From Tetramitus jugosus (Eukaryota > Protista > Heterolobosea), in the NCBI GenBank assembly GCA_937625935.1, contig OW569358.1, positions 248,001-312,000 on the forward strand: DNA of 64,000 bases, written 5' to 3'. This document shows positions 45,977 to 53,978 of this stretch, piece after piece. The translations under genes were made by a program, and so were the position numbers. The stretch's first letter is position 1. Each line of letters opens with the position of its first letter. The notes beneath the pieces are model-generated. The model worked only from the letters and a program-made list of their open reading frames with translations, was not told the DNA's origin and did not search any database.

Positions 45977-47590
45977 TTAACTGTAATAGTTGAGCGATGC
46001 CTTTTTCTTTGCCTGCACTTGAGAAATACCTTCCATGAAATCTTCATGATTCACCACAGTGCCATCTCTTCTCAGGGCGAGCATGCCAGCTTCGACACAC
46101 ACAGCCTTCATCTGAGCACCGTTGAAATCCTCGCATGATCGAGCAATTTCTTGGAAGTTGACATCTTCGGAGAAGTTCATCTTTCGCGCATGAATTCGCA
46201 AAATCTTTGCACGTGCATTTTCATCCGGAAGTGGACATTCGACCTTTCTGTCCAAACGTCCAGATCTCAATAGAGCAGGATCCAAGATGTCAATACGATT
46301 CGTTGCACCAATAACCTTGACTCTTGTATCAGAGTCGAAACCGTCCAACTGATTCAACAACTCCAACATTGTTCTCTGCACTTCACGATCACCAGACTTG
46401 TCACTGTCAAATCTCTTTGTACCTATCGCATCCAACTCATCAATGAAAATAATTGCAGGTGCCTTTTCTCTCGCTAGCTCGAATGCATCTCTCACTAGCT
46501 TTGCACCATCACCGATAAACATTTGAACAAGAGATGGTCCAGCGAGCTTCAAGAAGGTAGATTTGGTTTGTGCAGCACAAGCTCTTGCCAACAGGGTTTT
46601 GCCTATTTGAAAGAAAAATGTATGAGTCAATATCAGTTGATCAAAGTCTTTCGGCATATGAACAAAAAATGTATGATGAGCTTACCTGTACCTGGAGGGC
46701 CATAGAGCAACACACCCTTTGGTGGCTGAATACCGATTGCCTTAAATCTATCTGCATGCTTAATAGGAAGAACAACTGCTTCGACAAGTTCTTGAATCTG
46801 CTTGTCCATACCACCGACGTCACTGTAATCCTCGGTTGGTCTCTCGTCAACCTCCATGGCCTTCACTCGCGAGTCGTACTCTGCAGGCAATTTATCCAGA
46901 ATGAGATAACTATCCTTGTTAACACCAACGAGATCACCAGGGGTCAAATCCTTCTCATCCACAAGACCGATCACTGGCAAATAAATGGTTTGTCTGGTAG
47001 ATGTTTTCACGACGACACTCTTGCCCTTTCTGTGTGCGTCTGCATCGACCGCTGCACCATCTTCTTCTTCGTCTTCGTCCTCTTGACTGTCCAATATCTA
47101 TGAATGAGATCACATGCAGTAATGGAATTTCAATAATAATATTAATATTTACGAACAACATGTTCATGTGATTGCAATAATAGGAGAGAGAAGGAATTTG
47201 GTGTCAATTTAAAGTTCAACAACAAGAAACATGATATCACTCATGGTGATGGATCGCCGCAATTAGAGTCAAACCCATTCACCACTCACATATCTACAAT
47301 AGTCCATTCATTGATCGATCCTCCGACCCAGCATAACATACCTCAACAATGTTCGATACCAAGTATGGCAATTGTTTGTTCATTTTTATCTTCTCCTTGT
47401 TTTCCTTAATTCTCTCTTTCATGGTCTCCTCTTCGTTCTGGAGTCTCATCTTCTCATTTTTGTAGATTCGAATTTCATTGTCCAACAATCTTGCTCTATG
47501 TTCAATTGCATCCGTGCTTGATTCAGCGATATCTTCACCAAATGTTTCCAACACTTCCTGTGGTGCCCATTTCTTGTCTTGAGGATTCAT
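45977..47590 (-). CDS. RPT5: 26S proteasome ATPase Rpt5/PSMC3; introns 47098-47341 and 46603-46685
   Basis: [13 protein letters not shown]|[31 protein letters not shown]|[29 protein letters not shown]. Confidence 0.97.
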
Positions 47591-47883
47591 GTTTGATTCA
47601 ATAATATTGTATGAGTGTTTTGCTGGCTGTCTCCGTCTTTTTTGGCTCGAACTGAGAAGAGCTTTGGAACCTTGTGATCACAGTTTTAAAAATAACTAAC
47701 TAATTTCCTCTGTTTACAAAGAGTTTGCTTCAACCATTTCCAGGAAGCTTTCATGAAAAACAGCGCCAAAAAACAAAAATCACAAGTACGACGCACAACG
47801 CGCAGAACAATCTCTCGATTCTTTGTTTTTGTTATTCAGGTACAGTGTCTGTATTATAATCATTCAGAAAACGTCAATCTATC

Positions 47884-49806
47884 ATGAGCGATCGTATTGT
47901 TACCATAATTAGACAACCTAACAACGAAGATACTAATGACAATCATGCATATGCTACTCGTAGAAGTGATGAAGGAGGAGCAACCACTCACCACACTTAT
48001 GATGATAAAGCTGATTCGAAGCATATGAAAGGAAGTTATCGCCGCCGAAGACACGAGGATAATGATGATGATGATGATGAATATCACAGTGATCATGATA
48101 GGTCGGCTCACAAACATCGATCTAGATCAAGCAAGCATGGTGACAAAAACGACAAGGAAGAAGAGGAAGATGATCATCACTCCTCACCAAGCAGCAGCAG
48201 CAGCAGTAGAAGAGGCAGTCGGAGCAGCAGTAGCAGTCGAAGGAGCAGAAGATCAGAAGAAGATTATTACAACAGTAGCAGCAGAAGAAGAAGGAGAGAA
48301 GACAGTCATGAGAGATACAGTAGAGATTATGAAGAAGATGAGGCCCCAGTGTCATCATCATCCGATTATCATTATCACAAACGTAGAAGACACTCAAGCA
48401 GTCCATCATCATCTTATTCTCACAAGTATAGCAGCAGTGGTCGATATCATCATGGCAGAGGCAGTAGCAGTGGTCGATACCATCACGATGACAATGAAGA
48501 ATATCGCAGCAGACACCATTACCAAGACAGTAGGAGAAGATATCATGCAGATGATGCATCATATAATGACTCTCAATCACACCATGCTGAAGATTATCGA
48601 AAAACTGGACCTTCTTCCTCTCCTCATACAAAATCATCGCCAAGTGAACGCTCAGACATGGCAGATTATTTCTCTCAAACTACGACAGCAACGTTTGACG
48701 ATGTAAAGGCAGGAGATCGCGAAAAGCGCACCATTTCTGTATCTAGGCTGCCTCCAACGATCAATGAGAGTGAAATTGAACAATTTCTGGCAGGTGTTGG
48801 AAAGGTGAGAACTGTGAAATTGATCCGTGATAAGTTTACAGGCAGAACCAGAGGACTAGGATTCGTAGAGTTTTACGAAGAGAGTTCAGTGTATGCTGCA
48901 CTGGCTCTGAATGGATCACTGCTGAAAGGTTTTCCCATCTTGATTAAGGCTTCTGAGGCTGAGAGAAATGTTTCTCATGGGAGTCAAGGACACAGTCAAG
49001 GTATTACGAAGCTCTATGTCAGTGATATACCATCCGTTTTTGATGAAGATGACTTATCTCTACTCTTTTCATGCTTTGGAAGTCTTCTTTCTGTTGAATT
49101 AAAGGAGAAGGATGAGGAGCATCGCACCAAATATGCCTATGTGAAGTTTAGCAAGCCTGAGAGTGCTCGTAAGGCTCTTTTGAAGATTCATTGCATGGAT
49201 CTAGGGTATGGTTATCGTTTGAAGGTTGGTCTGTGGAATGAGACCAAAGCGATGGAAGCAAGAGAGAACGAGGGCGAAATAGATGTAGATAAGGAAGGTA
49301 TAGGATTAACTGCTCAACAGCGAATTCAAATGATGGCAAACTTCAACGTCAATCAGAACAAAACAGAGGTGCAACATGTTGTCGCAGCACCATCATTGTC
49401 TGCACCATTGGAGCATGCATCTACGATGTTCATGGCTACAAAGAATATTCGACTGACAAATATGTTTGAGAGACAAGAGTATGTACTTAATTTTTGTGTT
49501 TCATATTTGTTTTTTCTATTGACTGACGTCCAATTTGTTTTCAGAATGGAGGAAAGGCCAGATTACCGCGAAGAACTAGAGCGTGATGTTGCAGAGGAAT
49601 GTTCCAACTTTGGCCCAGTTTTATTTGTCTTTGTTGATGTGAATACTCCTGGCCATGTCTATGTGAAATTTGCAGATGAGCAGAGCGCAATCAGGGCCCA
49701 TGAGAAAATGAATGGTCGATGGTTTGCTGCAAAACAGTTAACTTCGGAGTTCTTATCAGATGCATCCTTCAAAGCTAAAACTGGTTATAAACCTAAACAA
49801 TCATAA
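47884..49806 (+). CDS. RBM39: RBM39/CAPER-like splicing factor (RS-rich, 2 RRM, UHM); in-frame intron 49479-49544
   Basis: GKVRTVKLIRDKFTGRTRGLGFVEF, IKASEAERN, GIGLTAQQRIQMM, LTNMF..DVAEECSNFG..GHVYVKF..NGRWFA. Confidence 0.88.
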   Translation: MSDRIVTIIRQPNNEDTNDNHAYATRRSDEGGATTHHTYDDKADSKHMKGSYRRRRHEDNDDDDDEYHSDHDRSAHKHRSRSSKHGDKNDKEEEEDDHHSSPSSSSSSRRGSRSSSSSRRSRRSEEDYYNSSSRRRRREDSHERYSRDYEEDEAPVSSSSDYHYHKRRRHSSSPSSSYSHKYSSSGRYHHGRGSSSGRYHHDDNEEYRSRHHYQDSRRRYHADDASYNDSQSHHAEDYRKTGPSSSPHTKSSPSERSDMADYFSQTTTATFDDVKAGDREKRTISVSRLPPTINESEIEQFLAGVGKVRTVKLIRDKFTGRTRGLGFVEFYEESSVYAALALNGSLLKGFPILIKASEAERNVSHGSQGHSQGITKLYVSDIPSVFDEDDLSLLFSCFGSLLSVELKEKDEEHRTKYAYVKFSKPESARKALLKIHCMDLGYGYRLKVGLWNETKAMEARENEGEIDVDKEGIGLTAQQRIQMMANFNVNQNKTEVQHVVAAPSLSAPLEHASTMFMATKNIRLTNMFERQEYVLNFCVSYLFFLLTDVQFVFRMEERPDYREELERDVAEECSNFGPVLFVFVDVNTPGHVYVKFADEQSAIRAHEKMNGRWFAAKQLTSEFLSDASFKAKTGYKPKQS

Positions 49807-49809
49807 CAA

Positions 49810-51141
49810 TTAATAAATGTTGAATGTATCTTGTCGTCTCAACGTGTCATAAATGTGCTGTTTTGCGAGAGGAGAGAGATTAGTCTCATCCAGATCAAGC
49901 ATCTGTAAATTCGGTAGCTTATTTGCAAATCTTCCAAAAACAGTGACCACGGAGTCGTTCAGTCGTGTAGCACCTCTCAATGAGAGCCTACGCAACGAAG
50001 GAGAGGCATACACTGACAATACATTTTTCAAAATATCATTCGTAACCATCGTATCACTCAAATCTATTTCCACGGTATCTGATGCCCGAGTGCGTGAAGA
50101 GTTGGGCAATTTTAATACCACGTTTTGCCTGAACTTTGAGTAGCTGTTGCCTTCTCCATAACCAATCTTGTTCAATTTGATACATGCAGTGAGGAGCATG
50201 ACGGCAAGTGCATGACAGACATTGATACCATCGCAATCCAACGTACTCAAACAATCATTATTGTTGGTAATGTATTTTACAAGTTCATACAGAGTCCTTT
50301 CTGTGATGGATGTGTGAGACAAGTTGATGGATTGCAATGCATTCACTGCATTCCTCGAATGGATCCACTGCAACAGTCTCATACAGCCATTGTCTGTCAC
50401 ATGTTCACAATGATCAACAATAATGTTTGTCAAGTGAGGCAAATAGCGACCGAGACACTCCATTGTCTCATCATTAACCACATGGGTCAAATGAGACAGG
50501 TTGACACTGGTCAATGAATGACACTTGGGTATCATGGAGTGCAACAGAGGAGAACACTGATTTCGGTCCATCAACTGTGTTCTTTGCAGGTTCAGTGCCT
50601 GGATTCGATGGGCATCCATTCGCTTGGAATCAATTGCACGCATCGTTTGCTTCAACAAATAAATGAGATCATTCTGAGTCAATTGATCCAATGACAGTGC
50701 CAGAGACGAACAATCATTCATCGGGTGTTCATGGTGATCATTTGATTTGCATGTTTTTATGAATCGATCAAAAAAGTGAGACGATAATGATGCATCTGCA
50801 TCTGCTCTGCTGTCTTTTTGCTCATTTCTCAGTTGGCGACAATCATTGGCTTCTTGCTGGTCGAGACACAACTCTTCGTTGATCAATTGTTGGATCCAGT
50901 GATGCAACATGGCTCTTGACTGTTCTTCATTTTGGTTGTTGTTTTCGAGGTCGGCGTTCGTTGTTATTGCTGTCGTCGGTTCATGAAGTGGATCATTGTT
51001 GTTGTTTCGAGTGCAATCACTCACATTATTATTGAGAAACAGTTGTTGGACGATTGGTGAGATGTGAGAAGCAAGAACATAGGCTCTGTTGGAAGCAGTG
51101 CTGCCCAACAGCTGGATCCACGGATTGTTGTGCGATTGCAT
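49810..51141 (-). CDS. Cys-containing LRR protein (F-box/AMN1-type repeats)
   Basis: LTSVNLSH..VNDETM, CEHVTDNGC, LQSINLSHTSIT, LRRLSLRG. Confidence 0.75.
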   Translation of the reverse strand: MQSHNNPWIQLLGSTASNRAYVLASHISPIVQQLFLNNNVSDCTRNNNNDPLHEPTTAITTNADLENNNQNEEQSRAMLHHWIQQLINEELCLDQQEANDCRQLRNEQKDSRADADASLSSHFFDRFIKTCKSNDHHEHPMNDCSSLALSLDQLTQNDLIYLLKQTMRAIDSKRMDAHRIQALNLQRTQLMDRNQCSPLLHSMIPKCHSLTSVNLSHLTHVVNDETMECLGRYLPHLTNIIVDHCEHVTDNGCMRLLQWIHSRNAVNALQSINLSHTSITERTLYELVKYITNNNDCLSTLDCDGINVCHALAVMLLTACIKLNKIGYGEGNSYSKFRQNVVLKLPNSSRTRASDTVEIDLSDTMVTNDILKNVLSVYASPSLRRLSLRGATRLNDSVVTVFGRFANKLPNLQMLDLDETNLSPLAKQHIYDTLRRQDTFNIY

Positions 51142-51179
51142 TTTGTTTTTCTCTTTGCCTAGAGCACGACAAAATGATT

Positions 51180-51262
51180 CGCACTCTGTAGGATTTGAAC
51201 CTACGCACGGTTTCCCGTACCTGATTTCTAGTCAGGCTCCTTGACCGCTCGGACAAGAGTGC
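51180..51262 (-). tRNA. tRNA-Ser(AGA), intronless
   Basis: Acceptor GCACTCT/AGAGTGC, D arm TCCGAGCGGTCAAGGA, anticodon arm CCTGA-CTAGAAA-TCAGG, long variable arm TACGG-GAAA-CCGTG, T arm GTAGG-TTCAAAT-CCTAC, G discriminator, TTTT terminator at 51171-51174. Confidence 0.98.
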
Positions 51263-51292
51263 TGATATGAAACTAGAATCTTCGCAACTTTG

Positions 51293-51310
51293 GATCCTGA
51301 GTGGCGAAAA
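51293..51310 (+). repeat. Target-site duplication GATCCTGAGTGGCGAAAA (copies at 51293-51310 and 52700-52717; 14-nt core again at 53824-53837)
   Basis: Exact 18-nt direct repeat flanking element A; the second copy directly follows the A13 tail. Confidence 0.9.
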
Positions 51311-52699
51311 AAACGCCGATGAAAAAACGAACACACACCCCTGTTGTTCGTGAGTATGAGAATCCACGCTATGCTGTGTGGACCACAGCACCAAGAGGAA
51401 CTGCTCCAAGCAGCAAGGAGGTCATCATCACTGGAAAGTGCGATGACTCTCCAAAAGCTGCCTTGGCCAAGAAGATTGGCTTGGATTTTGGTGATTTGCT
51501 CACCAGGGTCCAAGTCATCAAGAAGGGCCCCAAGAGGTTTGTTGCGTGGGTAACTGTTGTTGATGACAACATTTACCCATTTGTTGAATCCTTCAACCGC
51601 AACAAGAAGATGAGTGGCTGCAAGGCAGCACTCAAGCACAACGTTGATTGTGCCAAGAAGGTCGTCCTCCACGGAGTCAAAGGTAAGACGGAGGACGACA
51701 TCAAGGCCATGCTCGGCACAACAAAGGTCAAGAATGTGCTCAAGAAGCACAACACTGCCTTTGTTGTGATGGAGTCTGAAACGTATGCCGAAGCTTTGCT
51801 TCGGAACGTTCAAGCCATGCCAGTGGAGGTGGAAGCAAAACGCTTCCTTCCACGCCCACGTGACCCTGTCAAGGCTGTCAGCAAGAGGCTGACCAAGATA
51901 TATCAAGAACTCCTGGCTGTGGTGGACGACCTGCGCCACCAAGTCAGTGTGTTAAAAGAAATGGCTTCCGTCAACCGGATTCCCTTCGCGTCCCCGTCTC
52001 CAAGGACGCCGGACAGAATCTCTGAATTCGAACCTTCGACTCCGTCTACGACCGACGACTGGGAGTCGATCTTGCCGGAGTCCAACCCCGCCACTCCAAC
52101 TACGGTCATCCAAGAGCCAACCAACAACACCATGGATGAGGATGCTCGTAACAGAGCCATCCTCGAGCTAGTATTGAACACCTCCGAGGTGTTCAAGAGA
52201 GCCAAGAAGGAGATTGCTGCCCGAGCAATCATGGTGGACCGTGCAAGAAGCACAACCACCCAAGAGGATCCAGTTGAGTTGGACCTCTGTAACCCCGACT
52301 GCGAGTTACAGAGTCCCCAACTCAACGAGAACAAGAAACGATCAGCACGTGTCACCGTTGGTGACACTGCTGCTAACAAGATCCCGGCCAGGTTGGCCAG
52401 TATCAAGTCAGGTGCTCTCCGTAGGTCCTACCAACTGGCTAGGACTACGGAGCCATCTGACCTCACCAGTGGTGCTCCAGTCGGTAGTGGAGGCCCTCGC
52501 AACGAATCCCTGAAGAAGGGATCAAAACAACATTCCAAGAAGAGAATGAATCCTGTTGCGTAGGCCTGCCACTCCACGGGGCAAGCACCACACCATGTTA
52601 GACAATTGAGAGCAGGCAAGCCTGCTCTCAAACAAAAGAAAAATAAAAGTTCCGCAACGTGGTGCTCACGCACCATTTGTTGTATTAAAAAAAAAAAAA
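51311..52699 (+). mobile_element. Element A: ORF1-only, poly(A)-tailed non-LTR retroelement upstream of tRNA-Ser
   Basis: 18-bp TSD, single ORF, structured 3' UTR, AATAAA, A13 tail (52687-52699). It lacks the homopolymer tracts of most host genes. Confidence 0.8.
51319..52563 (+). CDS. Retroelement ORF1p-like protein (two putative RRM-like folds, coiled coil, disordered basic tail)
   Basis: 414-codon ORF; VVLHGV..EDDIKAML..NTAFVVMESETYAEALL has an RRM-like pattern; heptad coil VSKRLTKIYQELLAVVDDLRHQVSVL; paralog in element C. Confidence 0.65.
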   Translation: MKKRTHTPVVREYENPRYAVWTTAPRGTAPSSKEVIITGKCDDSPKAALAKKIGLDFGDLLTRVQVIKKGPKRFVAWVTVVDDNIYPFVESFNRNKKMSGCKAALKHNVDCAKKVVLHGVKGKTEDDIKAMLGTTKVKNVLKKHNTAFVVMESETYAEALLRNVQAMPVEVEAKRFLPRPRDPVKAVSKRLTKIYQELLAVVDDLRHQVSVLKEMASVNRIPFASPSPRTPDRISEFEPSTPSTTDDWESILPESNPATPTTVIQEPTNNTMDEDARNRAILELVLNTSEVFKRAKKEIAARAIMVDRARSTTTQEDPVELDLCNPDCELQSPQLNENKKRSARVTVGDTAANKIPARLASIKSGALRRSYQLARTTEPSDLTSGAPVGSGGPRNESLKKGSKQHSKKRMNPVA

Positions 52700-52724
52700 G
52701 ATCCTGAGTGGCGAAAACGCAGAA

Positions 52725-53261
52725 CCCCACCAAATGCGTGTGGTGCAGTCAAGAGCCGGAAAGTGTGCTCCACTGTCTAGTTCGGTGCCCTAGAGCGATT
52801 CGCGCCAGAAGATGCCTCGCTATGACGGTGGCTGCAGAAATTATCAAGATGGGGGTTGCTGATACCAGCTGTATCAATATATGGTTCGACAATGTGAGGA
52901 TTGTAGGCGGAGAAGTGGTCAGGAGACCGTTGAGAAGAAACAGCCGGGAGTTCCTGATGGGAATGATGGGCGTTGAGACAGAGGCCGTCAGCGACATCGC
53001 GCAAGGTCTGATAGCAAATGGAGTAAAGAAAGTAACAGCGGATAAGACAGCTAAAACTTACGTGAATAGTGTGAAACGGAGATGTCTAATGACTCTCCTT
53101 CACCTATTCACGACAACGAAAGAGAAACAACAGCAATGACGCTCTCCGAGCGTCATTGGGGAATCAAAATGGTGACCAAGGGCCACCGCTCTGCGAGCGA
53201 TGGCTAATGAATACAACAGACAATAAAGTGAGCAACCGATATGGTTGTATTAAAAAAAATA
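52725..53261 (+). mobile_element. Element B: 5'-truncated non-LTR retrotransposon (ORF2 C-terminus with CCHC zf-RVT-type finger, 3' UTR, poly(A))
   Basis: CVWCSQEPESVLHCLVRC (C-x2-C-x8-H-x4-C) as in L1/Tx1-type ORF2 C-termini; stop 53139; A8 at 53252-53259; 15-bp TSD GGCGAAAACGCAGAA at 52710-52724 and 53262-53276. Confidence 0.8.
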
Positions 53262-53276
53262 GGCGAAAACGCAGAA

Positions 53277-53823
53277 AAAACGGAATCACATGTCTGGTGA
53301 TTCAACAAATTTGGTGGGTGGAATACGGCAACATGTTACAAGAAGCGCGACACTGCTTTTGTGGCCATGGGTGATGAAACCTATGCACGAGCTGTGCTCA
53401 GTGGGGAGAACAAGATCAAGGCCAAGGTCACTCGATACGTCGAGAGACCACATGATCCTCTCAAGGCTGTCAACAAGAGATTGACAAAGATGTACGAGGA
53501 GCTGCTGACGGTGGTTGACGGACTGCGTCGACAGGTCACAGAGCTCACCAAGGAATTGGCTAAGACAAAGGGTCGAGAGGGCAACAAACCGGTTCAATAC
53601 CCGAACAAGAAGTTGCAAAAAGAACTGCTCCTGATCTAATGGAGGCAGAGGAACAAAGGAGTGCAACACCACTGCCAACAGTGCCTGTTGCACAGCTCAG
53701 CACTGAAAATCGGCTAATTCTGGAACAAGTGAATGCCACTTCTCCAGTGTTCGCCAGAGCGAAGAAGGAATTGCTGCATTGGCACTGGCTGCACGCAAAA
53801 GATAGAACACCTTCAACACCGAC
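53277..53823 (+). mobile_element. Element C: degenerate, truncated ORF1 paralog of element A
   Basis: TAFVAMGDETYARAVL..RPHDPLKAVNKRLTKMYEELLTVVDGLRRQV and NRLILEQVNATSPVFARAKKEL align with element A ORF1. Broken by a stop/frameshift near 53639 and followed by the TSD core GATCCTGAGTGGCG; no poly(A) visible. Confidence 0.75.
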
Positions 53824-53978
53824 GATCCTGAGTGGCGGAACAATTTCAAAGAGGGTATCAGCCTGAGGAAACAGTTGACTGCTAGAGGGTAAGTGGATTA
53901 AGCACAGTGAACTAGTCAAAGTTCACGGCAACTTCGGAATCAGCGCACGGCGATACAGTAACACTGAAATGGTCTTAT

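Noticed and set aside
51293-53837. Repeated GATCCTGAGTGGCG considered as a CRISPR-like array or LTRs
   Set aside because: Spacing is 0.5-1.4 kb, the repeats are short, and copies follow poly(A) tails, which fits target-site duplications.
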